Below, in pieces: positions 14,103 through 26,770 of a DNA stretch of 64,000 nucleotides (position 1 is its first letter; each line of letters starts with the position of its first letter). The stretch is from the NCBI GenBank assembly GCA_053919585.1, contig CM132804.1. One strand, written 5' to 3'. The notes under the pieces were generated by a model, which did no database searches, was not told the origin of the DNA, and saw only the letters and a list, made by a program, of their open reading frames with translations. Origin of the DNA: Euprymna scolopes (Eukaryota). A program made the position numbers and the translations under genes.

Positions 14103-14103
<1 letters not shown>
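14072..14103 (+). mobile_element. Helitron 3' terminus
   Basis: Hairpin gccacagtaacgcgtggc followed by CTAG at 14100-14103 and then T. Confidence 0.65.
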
Positions 14104-14156
<53 letters not shown>

Positions 14157-14971
14157 TTGTTACAACAGAAATACTTCTTACATTTTAAAATGTCAATAAT
14201 ATTGGCACTTAGCTATGTTCATTAAACATAGCTAAGTGCCAATACTTGTCATTTAATGACATAGCATTTCCTGTCTGATACATCGTCGCTTACAATGTTA
14301 AGCCTTAGAAGTCAGCAAATTATTTTCACTCAAGTCACCACTTATCAACGCCGAAAGTGTACTTGTATAAGCAAAAGCTCTAATACTTTGTTTAAATAAT
14401 ATTAAAATTATTTTTTCATCCTGTTGTCTCTTACTTTTGTTAGCCTTTGATATATAGTAGGTAATTGTGTAAGCGTCTCTCTCTTTTTCTCCATCTATCT
14501 GTCTCCCTCTCACTCGTACNNNNNNNNNNNNNNNNNNNNNNNNNNNNNNNNNNNNNNNNNNNNNNNNNNNNNNNNNNNNNNNNNNNNNNNNNNNNNNNNN
14601 NNNNNNNNNNNNNNNNNNNNNNNNNNNNNNNNNNNNNNNNNNNNNNNNNNNNNNNTACACTGAACATACTAATGTTACGTAACAATTAGTTTTTGGCATA
14701 TAATTTTCACCCCTCCCCATCCATTATAATAATGTAATTTAATTACGCTGACCCCTTTCTTGTCTTCCTCCCGTCTTTCCATTTTCCCCCTTTTCCTTTC
14801 TCATTCTCTTTCTTTTCTTTTTTCCTCATTTCTCGTCTTCCTTTTTTTTATCGCCCCTTTTTTCCTTCCTTTTTAGCTATCACCCCCTCGTTCTTCTTTT
14901 TAAGTCTATAATGTCACTTAGTATCACTCTTCCCAGTTTAAGTTAGCGAGTAAATGTTTTAATTTTATAAT

Positions 14972-15045
<74 letters not shown>

Positions 15046-15049
<4 letters not shown>

Positions 15050-16012
15050 CTGTCCCAAACGATGCTGACGGATTTGAAATTTTATCAACTTCTTTAATAT
15101 TTAAGTTATGCTTACCAATTTTCATATGTAGGTAGATGAGCCTCTCAGTGATTTTTTACATACAGTAAGATACGATAGCTTAATTATTCTAATTTTATTT
15201 ACACAACTTAATCATGGGTATGTTTTTCACAAGGTCTAATTTTAGTTATGAAAAATGATGTTACTCAAATGTCCACCAATTCCGATTACTTCATCCGCCG
15301 TTACTCCACACCATACTGTACATTTTGGAGGGTGTAATTACCGTTGTGCTCTTGCGTGGGGAGTTTTTGATCCCCAAATCCTGCAATTTTGCTTATTTAT
15401 GAACCCATTCAGATGAAAATAAGCCTAATCGGACATAATGAGGTTTTTGAGAAAGTTTGGATCCCCATTGGCCAAATCTTGGAATTGCATGGCGTATTCC
15501 ACCTTTACCCCGGATCGTTTGGCTGAAGCTCTTGCACCAATTGAATTTTATATGGAAATTTACCCTCTTCATGAAGCATTCTATGAAGAGATGATCGAGA
15601 GACCCCAATTTGACTTGATCTTCTTCTTACTGATGTGGATTGATCCTCGGCCACACTCTCTGCTAATCTCTAACGATTCTCATCACTTCTTACCGTACGG
15701 GGTCTTCTAGATTTAGGGAGGTTACAGACAGACCCTTGCTCATGAAATCGCGCCATCATAGCTTTTATTACATTGGGAGTAGGAGAATTTCTTATGTTAA
15801 AGTTTTGTCGATATTCTCTTTAAGATTCTGATATTGACTCATTCAACCGAATATACGAATCTACGATAAATATCCGCTCCTCGGTTACGTAACAACTCAT
15901 GATGACCTTGGAAGGGTTACTGTAGATGATCTGAAAAACTTAAAGAAAAATATAACAAAATTAAGAAAGTTATGAATTTTTTTTAACCATCAACTTCTTT
16001 TGGGACCCCCTG
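15046..16012 (-). mobile_element. Internally deleted Tc1/mariner element (DD41D-like)
   Basis: Imperfect TIRs (cagactgtcccaaa / tttgggaccccctg) flanked by TA. The minus strand encodes IMSD*AYFHLNGFINKQNCRIWG. Confidence 0.75.
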
Positions 16013-16504
16013 TATATATATATTTCTCTCCCTTCATTTAAGAACCAGCTATTTTGAATAGCAAGCAAGCTTTATTTCTGTCGCCTGAGGATGCGNNNNN
16101 NNNNNNNNNNNNNNNNNNNNNNNNNNNNNNNNNNNNNNNNNNNNNNNNNNNNNNNNNNNNNNNNNNNNNNNNNNNNNNNNNNNNNNNNNNNNNNNNNNNN
16201 NNNNNNNNNNNNNNNNNNNNNNNNNNNNNNNNNNNNNNNNNNNNNNNNNNNNNNNNNNNNNNNNNNNNNNNNNNNNNNNNNNNNNNNNNNNNNNNNNNNN
16301 NNNNNNNNNNNNTCATCACCATTCTCAATGCACATATGCTGGGAAGTCAATGGCGTAGTAGGTTTGGTGCTAATTTGAGTGATTAAATGTATTTGATAGA
16401 AAAAGCAAAATAATATATGTTCAATTATAATAGAAAGAGTGAAGATAGAACTGTAAGGAAAACAACTATGAAAGAAATGGAATAAAACTGTAACGTATAG
16501 TTAG

Positions 16505-16760
16505 TTAATTATTGTTGTCCATCCATGCTGATGACGACGTCTTCTACATTTATTGATTAAAAAAAGATTTTTTTTTTTATTGGCTCCGTGACTCCGTTGA
16601 TGACTGTGAAGTTCGATGTGTAACCTATACTGCTTTGCACAAATATAGTTCAGGAAGACGGGATTTGCGTTTCGATGGTGAGTGACTGCCGCTTGTCGGT
16701 GGCTCAGTGTGCGACGCTCTATAGCTCCTCGCTCATGCTCGTTGTTGAAGAAGGCCATCC
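16505..16760 (-). mobile_element. RTE LINE 3' end fragment
   Basis: ORF tail YICAKQYRLHIELHSHQRSH resembles the decayed RTE C-terminal Cys/His motif, followed by a short 3' UTR. Confidence 0.5.
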
Positions 16761-17307
16761 CGCTATAAGACTAATAAAAGGAAAAAAGAAAGCAAAAGAA
16801 AAGTTAAAGGGATAATGAAAGAAATAGAATAAAAAGAATGAATCAATAAATCTGAGAATAAAATGGAGAAGCTATTAAAATCAAAAAAAGAGGCGGGGGG
16901 AAGCATGAAGAAAAACTCAATAAAATCTGAGACAGAAAAAGAAAGAAAATTGAGAAAATAAAATCGAAAGTAAAACAAGTCGAATATGCATGGTTTCCCG
17001 TAAGTGCACAGTGAACGAGGTATAAAAAATGACTAAGTTCAGCATTGCCCTCCCTTTCCCCACATTTAGCCCCCAAAGTCCCTAGGGGACGTCAAATACT
17101 GGTGAAAATGAACAAACGGTGCAGTTTTAGGCCTTAACGTATGTAAATTTGAGTTCTGCACCATGCAAAAAACGAAATGACTAAGTCCATCATTTGCACC
17201 CCTCCATTTAGCCCAAAACGCACCCAAGGCCTTAGTTGCAAAGGGGGTTCATATGGAAAGAGATGACGGGTTCATATCGGAGACATGTATAACGGGGACT
17301 CAGAACA

Positions 17308-17308
<1 letters not shown>

Positions 17309-17362
<54 letters not shown>
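17309..17362. repeat. (GAT)n microsatellite
   Basis: Direct perfect repeat. Confidence 0.95.
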
Positions 17363-18482
17363 GGAACATTTATAACAGACTGGAAAATATGATGCAACAG
17401 TTCTTAACACATATCGAGGGGAGGAGATTCATTATTATGATAACGATGATAATGAGGGTGACATTTATAACAGTTCTTTTAATATCATGACGACTGTGAT
17501 GATAAATACGGAGGGAAACGTTTATAACATACTGGGATGATTCTTGGGGACTTCATATTAATTTTACGAAGCTGGGACATATTGATGCAACAGTTCTTAA
17601 CACATATAGAGGAGAGGGGATTCATTATTATGATGAAGAAGGCACATTACTTGTAAGGGGGGTCATACAAGAGTTCGTTTAAAGATGAGCATGCAAAACA
17701 CATTTACTTTTTCGGTTGTAAAGACGACACGAAAGACAACAGTTACAAAATATAGATGATTTCTTTATTCCTTAACCGGCCGATTGGTGATGTCAAGAAT
17801 TCAAACCTCTTCGACTACATGGTATACTCTTCTCCCTTCGCCTCTAAGAGGTTCCCAGTCTTCAACTGACTCTATCACCGTGTGTGGTCTGCTCCGATTA
17901 TCGGATCCTCTCTAACTTCGAACCCTCGGTTCCTATATTGAGAAATCTCCTTTGTTTATGACGTCAGAAGTGTGGTTCCCAACGTGACAACTTTCACGTG
18001 GATTTACATATGTTTGTCTAAACACACTTTTGGCAACAAAGAATTTCCAATTCTTAATATCTTACCTATTTTTAAACGATATTTTTTTAACTCGCATTTC
18101 GCATTCTTTTAACTGAAATACTTAATATCCAGTTATTCTAAAAAAAAAAATGGGCAATCGCTTTTTTTCCGACATAAATAATATTTAACTATTTCTAAAA
18201 GAATTAACAATGGACTGCATTTCTAGGATTTGAATTATTCATTTGCCTACAGGGTTCGATTCCAGCCTTTTCCTAATAATATTTTCATTTATCAAGTCTA
18301 CCTTCTTATTTACATGAGAAGGGGACAGCCCTTCTTATCTAACGCCTTAACATATTTAAATTTGGATTCATCAGCATGTAAAATTGCTAAATAAACATAC
18401 ACAATATATTAATTTTTATTTTTATTTCGGACTATTAGTCTCATCTTTATTAGTTGTTGTTTGTTTGTTTTTATTGGTTTAC

Positions 18483-18519
18483 AACGTTTCGGCCAACTTC
18501 CTCTGGCCTTCGTCAGGTG
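18483..18519 (-). ncRNA. Minimal hammerhead ribozyme (PLE-type)
   Basis: Minus strand reads CAC-CTGACGA-AGGCC-agaggaagtt-GGCC-GAAAC-GTT-G: intact CUGANGA and GAAA core, helix II, and a palindromic AACGTT in place of helix III. Confidence 0.75.
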
Positions 18520-19319
18520 GTAACCAATAAAAACAAACAAACAACAACTAATAAAGATGAGACTAATAGTCCGAAATAAAAATAAAAATTAACATAAAAA
18601 TGCTCATCTCAAAATAAAAAAATAAAAAATAAAAAAAAATTCCAATTAAGGAATAATATATATATATACACAATATATTTTGGAAAAATATGGTAAAATC
18701 GCCCCCAAAACGGAGTGTTTTATTAGCCTTAAAATAGCCCCTTGGGCACACCCAAGAGTTATCACGAAGTATAGAAAAACAAAATTATATAGAAATCAGT
18801 TAGTTACAACTTTTCAGAAAGTTTTATAAAAATTCAAGGCGTCAATTTTTTTAATAAGCACAAAAGTGTCAATTTTAACCTGAAAGGCACCCCTGGGGGA
18901 AAACCGGAGTTTTCCCGGAAAATCCGTCCTGTGACGTTTTTTACTCATACCATGTTTAATGTTTATGCAAAATTTCAAAAAATTCCAAGGCGTATTTAAT
19001 GAAAAAAATTACAGACAGACGAATGAACGAACGGACGTGGGTGAGTTTACAAGTCCACCCTCCTTTTGTCGGGGGACCGATAGGAAGGACGATCGAAACA
19101 CAAAAATGGATATCAAATGAGACTTTGTCAAAAGAATCTTAGAAGCATCTTTAAGAAATTTTAAAATTTTGAATAAACAGACATTTCGAAGACATTTGGC
19201 CTGTTTGCTCCAAATGTTGAATGGATATCAGATAGAAGTAAGAATTGCAGGAAAGAAAAAGAATAAAATAATTAAAGCACGAAAGAATTAGAAAAACGAA
19301 GAAAATTGCATTATTTGAA

Positions 19320-19790
19320 TTATTCGAGCTACTTTCCTTATTTTAAGTGTTAGTTTCAGAACGTTTTGGTCGATGCAGCCTCCGACCTTCTACAATCGCA
19401 TTTTGTTGAAATCGGAAATATTTCTTTCGAACTCTGAATTCTGCACGGAATTCGAACAAAACCTTTTTATTTAATACATGTAGCATAATCACGTGTTTTT
19501 CAGCCATGACCAAGTAGAGGGCTACAGTAATTCACATGGCAGACGGATAGGCATTTGGAAAAAAGCTAGCTGTAAGTTACACTCTTATGAAGTTCAATCC
19601 TTAATTTGGACGATATTCAAAAATACAATTGCGAATTACTTAGTGCTTCTACCTGACCATGACTGACTGAACGAGAGCAATCAACCTCCGTGGATGAAGT
19701 AAAGGCTTATGTTTGATAACTGTGAAGATTCCCGAAGAAAGAATAGAAAAAAAAACAGGTGCTTTTCAAGTCCAATGTAAATAAATTCTC
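19320..19790 (-). mobile_element. Penelope-derived non-coding repeat with decayed hammerhead
   Basis: Homologous to 21560-21800 (inverted), 30450-31060, 59080-59310 and 62700-63420. Carries an aacgttt.ggtcgat..ctccgaccttc motif. Confidence 0.55.
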
Positions 19791-20029
19791 GTTGAGCCGC
19801 TTTCTTAAATAACAAAATTCTACCTCATCATCACATATATTACGAATCTGTCTCGCTATCTACATGTCACTCAGTAACTCTTATACTCAAATGGCTTTTG
19901 GGTCTTGATAAGTGATATCATCTTAATAAAAATAGAAATTAGGAAGTAGACTTTGGTTTTACTTTCAACATTCTTAGTTCTTGTTTTTTTTTAATTTTGT
20001 TCTCTAGTACTCACTTTCTATAAGCGATG

Positions 20030-21035
20030 TTCGTTTTTTTACCACTTATTAAGGACCTGAGGCCTCTCGAGGATAAGGGTTAAAAGTGTACAGTGGTCAA
20101 AATTGCATATAGTAATCGTTAGAAGTGTAAATTTGGTAAATTGTATTACTTGAGCGGAACGGCTCATCAAGAACTTGTTTACATTGGACTTGAAGACATC
20201 CATATTGTAGTCAGCTGGAAAGCAGGTAAACGGAAGGGAGTTTCACAAATGTGCAATTCTTAGAAAGAAGCTTTTTTTCATAGAATCTACGTTTAGGTTT
20301 AGGCACGGATAAAGAGTGGGAGAAATTATTGATGGTGTTTACAACCAAACGAGTGTTTCTCGTGAATGTTTGGCGAGGGGAGCATAGATTAGAGCTCAGA
20401 CGAGCACTTGCCATGAAAATAACGATAAAACAGAGACAGGCTCGCAATGTCTCTTCTGTGATAAAGAGGTTGCATAGAAGAGAACAGGGCATACCCCACT
20501 AGGCTACGAAGGCTATTCTGAACTCTGTCAAGGCAATAAGTCTTCCTAGAAGCTCCTGTCCATATGTGACAGCAATACTTCATCCTTGGGCGTATCTAGC
20601 TCTTATATAGGTAGAGAATTGCATCAGTAGGTAGATATCTCCTGGATCGATAGAAGAATCCCATCATTTTTCCAGCGACCTTGGAAACGGATTTGATGTA
20701 CGTATTCCATTTTAGATCAGGAGTAAAGGTCAAGCCCAGAAGCTTGTGAAAACATGGAGCCTTTCCACGATGAGAGCCATTAATTTCAATTAATGCCAGA
20801 TGTGGATCAGAATGTTGTTGATGTAAAGAGAGAAGCTTGGTTTTAGATGCATTAAAAGTAACTAGTCATCCCCCCCAATTAACCACATGGTCAAGATCAG
20901 AGAAGAGAGAATCGGAGAGAACTTTGTCGCTTACGGCCTTTGATGAGCTACCATAAATGGTAGTGTCAGCAAAAATGTCTACGAATGATGTAAGGATGTG
21001 ATTTGGAAGATCATTAATATAGATCAGGAAGAGAG
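20030..21035 (-). mobile_element. CR1-group LINE family B, 3' remnant
   Basis: MKYCCHIWTGA..LDRVQNSLRSLVG..RRDIASLSLFYRYFHGKCSSEL. 3' UTR shared with 24465, 25925, 31890 and 47345. Confidence 0.85.
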
Positions 21036-21854
21036 TTCCCGAAAAAAGAACTGTTGTTTACTGGGTCGGAAAATCTCGATCATACGGATCCGTAGCCAGT
21101 TTGTGTTATTACCTTAGATCAAGTGGTCCCGTGCATTGTCTGGAACCATTTCCATAAAAAAGGAATACAATTCCAAGACATCGTAGAAGACAAATTTGTA
21201 GAATGCGTGAATAAATCTGAGTAAAAGTGAAACAAATCACAAATTCACCAATGGTAATTCTACGCTTGATTAATGAATTTTGATCCATAAATATTCATCT
21301 TGTCGATCGGTCGTCTCCGTCTTGTGGGCCTTTTGTCACGGTGGCTTGATTTTCAAAGCTATTTACATTCGATAATCAAACTTCAAGTTATAAGATGCCT
21401 GGACGTCATCATATTTTATTCAGAGCATAACTTTGCGAACAACTCGACTGGCACATTTAATTGAATAAACATAGTAAATATTAGCGCTTATGGGTGTCCA
21501 TAACTGAAATCAGTCAACCGTGAAAAGGAAGTTTTTCACAAGTTGTTGAAGAAAAGTTGTTGTGTAGAACGCCCAACAAGAATGTATTTACATTGGACTT
21601 AAAAAGCACCTGTCTTTTTTATTCTTTTCTTCTTTATGTGATATCCCTTCGGTAATCTTCACAGATATCAAACGAAAGACTTTACTTCATCTATGGATGC
21701 TGGTTGCTCTCGTCCCGTCCTTCATAACAGGTAGAAGCACTAAGTAATTCGTAATCGTATTTTTGAGTATAGTCCAAATTAAGGATTGAACTTTCACCCT
21801 TCTTATAGTAATCATCAATACACAATCTCATTCATATATATGTATGTGTGCGTG

Positions 21855-21902
<48 letters not shown>

Positions 21903-22114
21903 CACGCACACATACATATATATGTAGCCTCTGGTAGTATCTATTTCAGAATATGCATTTTATATATATATATATAAATATAACTACTTCATTTACTCAC
22001 ATAAAATTAATATACGAAAGTATAGATTTATGCATAAACTTTAAGTATTTACTTCAAAAGTGCTCAATACGTAGGTAGAGCTAGTTAGTAATTTATAAAA
22101 TATATATGGCGATC

Positions 22115-22166
22115 AAGCTACACTGAATATTCGGCGTTTCATCCACTCTAGGATTCGTCAGGCTTA
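22115..22166 (-). ncRNA. Type I hammerhead ribozyme downstream of a Penelope-like ORF
   Basis: Minus strand reads AAGC-CTGACGA-ATCC-tagagt-GGAT-GAAAC-GCCG-aatatt-CAGT-GTA-GCTT: helix I AAGC/GCTT, helices II and III, GUA cleavage triplet. Confidence 0.75.
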
Positions 22167-22501
22167 TGCGCGAATTCTGTGGTTGTTTCTCGTTTTTATA
22201 TATGTTGAGGATTTTAGTTAGCCAATCAGCTTTCTAGTATCCACCGCGCCCCTTCCAATCAGCCAATGGGTATGCATTTTATCGAACAAAGGATCTGTTT
22301 TAAAACTAGTTTAGTGGTTTAAGGCAGACATTTTTTATATATATAAATATACATATGTGTACATACATAGATGCATATATATATAGACATATATAGATAC
22401 ATACATATATGTGTGCTCGTTTATGTATATTCATGTTTATTTAATTTATTTATTTGTTTATTTTCTATAGTTTTTGTTAGTTTTTAAACTATTTTGTATC
22501 G

Positions 22502-22735
22502 CTATCCTAGAGTAAATTTTATTTTGTGAATACAGTTATTTGCTATTTCTCTTCTACAGTTTAATAGATTTTGGGGTTCTTTAAAGTACAGGATAGCAAA
22601 TTTTTCATGAAGGCATAATTTACATGGGCCGTCTAAATGCCTACACGTGGTAGCTTGTCTTATTATTTTCCATTCGACTATCGGCGAATGTCCGCTTTCT
22701 TTGAGTCCCCAGTATTTATTCGCTAGTGTTGTTTT
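22502..22735 (-). mobile_element. Naiad-type Penelope-like element C-terminus
   Basis: WKII..CKLCLHEKFAIL..LLNCRREIANNCIHKIKF. Flanked by an inverted duplication (about 22130-22330 versus 22815-23004). Confidence 0.75.
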
Positions 22736-22965
22736 TATACCATGTAAATTATGTGCATATATGTATGTACACATATGTATATTTATATATATATATATAT
22801 ATACATATATAAATGTATGCCTTAAACCACTAAACTAGTTTTAAAACAGATCCTTTGTTCGATACAATGCATGCCCATTGGCTGATAGGAAGCTGATTGG
22901 CTAACTAAAATCCTCAACCGAAGAGGACCATATAAAAACGATAAACAACCACAGATTTCGCGCAT

Positions 22966-23004
22966 AAGCCTGACGAATCCTACAGTGGATGAAACGGCAA
23001 ATAT
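22966..23004 (+). ncRNA. Hammerhead ribozyme core, inverted partner of 22115-22166 (cut by gap)
   Basis: AAGC-CTGACGA-ATCC-tacagt-GGAT-GAAAC. Confidence 0.65.
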
Positions 23005-23168
23005 NNNNNNNNNNNNNNNNNNNNNNNNNNNNNNNNNNNNNNNNNNNNNNNNNNNNNNNNNNNNNNNNNNNNNNNNNNNNNNNNNNNNNNNNNNNNNNNN
23101 NNNNNNNNNNNNNNNNNNNNNNNNNNNNNNNNNNNNNNNNNNNNNNNNNNNNNNNNNTACTAGAGGCT

Positions 23169-23476
23169 ATATACGGCACAATCGCGTTGACACACCGGTT
23201 CTCGCCAGATCAACGAAGTTAAGCAACGTTGGGCCTGGTTAGTATCAGATGGGTGACCATTTGGGAATTCTAGGCGCTGTATGTGCTCTCCGCTTATCTC
23301 TGCATTTGTTTCCAGTCGTCCTGTACTTCACTTGCCACTGGTATTTAACAATGTCGTCTCAGGAGAGGTGTGGTTGGAGATTGCGCACTTACTGCCACAA
23401 AAATTTCACGCGCAAGCCACCCTTCGTTGGTATCCATCGTCTGTCCAAGACTGATGGAGCATGCTACTTTTTTTAT
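23169..23476 (+). mobile_element. 5S rRNA-derived SINE (SINE3-like) or 5S pseudogene with body
   Basis: 23169-23284 aligns with 5S rRNA (gaagttaagcaacg, gggcctggttagta, gatgggtgacc, tgggaa, gctgta). A non-5S segment follows and ends in a T-run. Confidence 0.75.
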
Positions 23477-23689
23477 AACCTATAATTTAGTGATTCAACT
23501 ATGTTTCAGAAACTGTTATTTTAATCGGCCACGTTAGCCGCAATTTCAGGTAAACCACCAAGTGACCTATTTCTTATGGATAATCATCAAGGTCCTCAAA
23601 TTTTAATTAGACAAGAATTCACAAATTTTTAAAAATTAAACTAAGTAGCCGATTATAGCTGAGGGCAAAAGGAAGGTTCTATTTTCATT

Positions 23690-23880
23690 CGCTGCTAGAG
23701 CGAGGTGTAGAGATGGACGCCACTTCATTCCCATAACTTCTCACTTGCCTTGCCTTATAATGTTTAATGTTTATCAAGAGCGCATCAAATATCAATTTTA
23801 AGTCCTCGGTATTACTCGAACCTCGCTCTCCAGGTCCATTAGCAAACATTCTTACAATTATGACAAAATGGTCGGTTAAC
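23690..23880 (-). mobile_element. Decayed tRNA-derived SINE-like fragment
   Basis: Minus strand has a tRNA-like head (aatgtttgctaatggacctggagagcgaggttcgag) with a B-box-like GGTTCGAG. Confidence 0.35.
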
Positions 23881-24297
23881 AGAAATAAAATGAGACAATA
23901 CTTTTCCACATTTCAGAAATAAAACTAGATAATAACTATCAATGCTTTATTAATAAAAATTGGCCAATAAAATAAAAATGCATTTTAGGGACTATGTTGA
24001 ATTTTAGATTAATATCAACGCTAAAATATTTAAATTACCCATCATCATAGCGCGGATGCGCGTATATAAACGCATGCGAAGTGACGTCACCGGTGTAGAA
24101 AAAAGGACGATAAGAAGAGAACAGGAAACGTCAAGCACAGAGACGTCATAAGGTTCGAGATCTCGTGAGAGAGCCGGATAACGTTCTGCATCACCTAGGT
24201 GACGTCACGACTGTACCAATCTATCTATACTCCTATAATTTTCTTTATGTGTGTGTACTCATATTCATATTAAGCCCCTTTTCTTTTCTATTAAGGT

Positions 24298-24460
24298 ATT
24301 TATTTGCTTCCCCACGAAAGCAACTGTGACACAAGCTCGTTTTTAATGTGGGGAGAAACCCAGCTTCTCTTAAAACAAGGGTAAAACTCTGACAGTATCC
24401 AAAAAAATAGTAATTGTCTCAGTATGAATGGTTTCCCCTGTATTGACCAAGGGCCAATTA
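24298..24460 (-). mobile_element. U2-headed SINE family, headless copy
   Basis: Body and tail (tatttgcttccccacg..gacacaag.tcgtttttaatgtggg) match the copies at 37251 and 47095. Confidence 0.7.
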
Positions 24461-24464
24461 ACTT

Positions 24465-25060
24465 TTCTTTTTTTTACATGGAAATCACCACTTATCAAGG
24501 CCCAGAGGCAACTCGGGATAAGGGTTATAGCCTGTACAATAATCAATGGGATAATATCGTAGTAATCGTTAGTAATGGATATTTGATAAAGTGTTTGACT
24601 TAAGGGGCGGTTTATCAGGAATTTGTTTAACACTAACCCTAACACTAACCCTAACCCGAAGACATCTAAGTTGTAGTCAGGTGGGAAACAGGCAAACGAA
24701 AGAGAGTTCCACGGGCATGCATTTCTAAGAAAGAAGCTTTGTTCATGGAATCTAAGCTTTGATTTAGGCACAGATAAAGAATGGGGAAAATTATTGAAAG
24801 TGGTTTCAGCTAGACGAGTTTTTTTTCGTGAAAGACTGGCGAGGGGGACCAGAGATTGGAGCTCAGATGAGCGCTTGCCATAGAATTAACGATAAAACAA
24901 AGACAGACTCTCAACATCTCTTCTGTGGGAGAGATATATCAGGGAAGAGAAACTAAGCCACGAAGTCTATTTTGTACTCTGTCAAGGCAAGATAGGCTAT
25001 TTTTAGCAGCTCCTGCCCAGATGTGGCAGCAGTATTCCATCCTTGGATGTACTTGGCTTG
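24465..25060 (-). mobile_element. CR1-group LINE family B, 3' remnant
   Basis: MEYCCHIWAGA and FHEQSFFLRNACPWNSLSFACFPPDYNLDVF motifs. Confidence 0.85.
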
Positions 25061-25460
25061 AAATTGAATCATCAGAACAGTTTATTTAATATATTTTAAT
25101 CTCTCTCGTAGCATTTTGAAAATGAGCAATTCCCTTTTCAGCGTAGTTATGTAATTAAAATTCGAGTGCCTGTAGACATCACAAATGCGTAGCATAATTA
25201 TAAATTCGATTTTGCAAAAACACTCTAAGTTTTAATGGTTTAGATATTAAATGAGCTAATTGCTACTAATATGTAAGAAATAAAATAATGTGACATCTCC
25301 CAGCAATTCAAAAGTGTAATGAAGTAATAATGTTCAAATTGTCACATGTATAAGTAGAGAATAATCTTCAATATTCAAAATTAAACTAACAATTTAATAT
25401 TAAAGTCAGGATTTTTTTAGATGAAGGTTGATTGTTATGTTTTGTGTTGAGCGTTATTAG

Positions 25461-25606
25461 TGCAACGTTTCGGCTAATTTGACATTTGACCGTCTTCAGG
25501 CATGTTGGTTGTTGTTTGGAAAAAAAAAGTAGAAAAGTTACCCCCTTCTTTCCAAACAAAAACCAACATGCCTGAAGACGGTCGAAGCCCAAACTGACCG
25601 AAACTT
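25461..25606. ncRNA. Inverted pair of minimal hammerhead motifs
   Basis: Plus strand: TGC-CTGAAGA-CGGTC...GACC-GAAAC. Minus strand: TGC-CTGAAGA-CGGTC...AGCC-GAAAC-GTT-GCA. Confidence 0.65.
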
Positions 25607-25924
25607 CGCACAAATAACACTCACGATTATGACAATTGTGCGATCAATACAAGTAATATAATTTGATATTAATTCGTAATATTTCAGAAATAAAATTAGT
25701 CAACGGGCTAAGAAATAAACTAGTACAATAATTATGAACAGTTAAAAAGGGGCGATAATAACTCCTAGAATTAAGATATTAAAACATTTTTTTCAATTCT
25801 TCAGAGCGAGAATGATATAGAATGAGAAATAGTTATTAGTGACGCTGAATAAAATAATGTAATTATTTTAATTTTTCTAGAATAAGATATGATAAAACAA
25901 TTTAATTGTTTAAAAAATAATTCG

Positions 25925-26405
25925 TAGCTTAGTAGGGGATGTCCTTTTCTCTTCCCTGCAACCTCTATCCCACGAAAGGAACGTTTCGAGCCTGTCTGTT
26001 TTATCGTTATTTCGATGACAGGTGCTCGTCCGAGAACCAATCTCTGGTCCCCTCTCACCAATCTTTCACAAACAACACCCGTCTAACTGAAACTACTGTC
26101 AATAATTTTCTCCACCCTTTATCTGTGCCTAAATCAAAACCTAGATTCCATGAACAAAGCTTCTTTCTTTGAACTGCAGGCCTGTGAACTCTCTTCCGTT
26201 TGCCTGTTTCCCATCTGACTACAACTTGGATGTCTTCAAGTCCAACATAAACAAATTCCTGATGAACCGCCCTTTTAAGTAATCCAAATTTGCCAAATCT
26301 CTATTACTAACGATTACTACATTATCCCATTGATTACTGTACACGCAATAATCCTTATCCTCGAGTTGCCTTCGGGCCTGGATAAGTGGTGACTCCTATG
26401 TAAAA
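25925..26405 (+). mobile_element. CR1-group LINE family B, 3' end
   Basis: LFYRYFDDRCSSE..FHEQSFF, family B 3' UTR, A-rich tail. Confidence 0.85.
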
Positions 26406-26698
26406 AAAGAAAAAATATAATAGAATAATTTCCCATGTTTCAGAAATAAAATCATACGAAATGGGAAATACATTAGTGTTACAGAATAGAATAAGGTAAT
26501 TATTTTCATTGTTTTAGAATAAAATATGACAATAATTCTAATTGTTTGAGGTATAAAGTAGAATAATTTCCCATGTAATTTAAAAAAATAAAACGATATA
26601 AAATAAAATAATTTCCAATGTTACAGAATATAATGGAAGCAATTTATTAGATATGACTATAATTTTTTGTTTTATATTTAAAATAGCATAATAATTCT

Positions 26699-26770
<72 letters not shown>

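Noticed and set aside
14201-14243. Hairpin with 19-bp perfect arms as a pre-miRNA or terminator
   Set aside because: Single isolated palindrome with no supporting context, most likely a MITE core.
17652-18352. Solo LTR (TG...CA)
   Set aside because: No convincing TSD or second copy, and part of it matches a separate SINE-like fragment at about 38285-38375.
23169-23284. Functional 5S rRNA gene
   Set aside because: Diverged, with no T-run terminator directly after the 5S region, and it shares its head with a TSD-flanked SINE.
24630-24660. Telomere-like taaccctaac repeats
   Set aside because: Only a few imperfect units inside a LINE remnant, too short to call an interstitial telomere.
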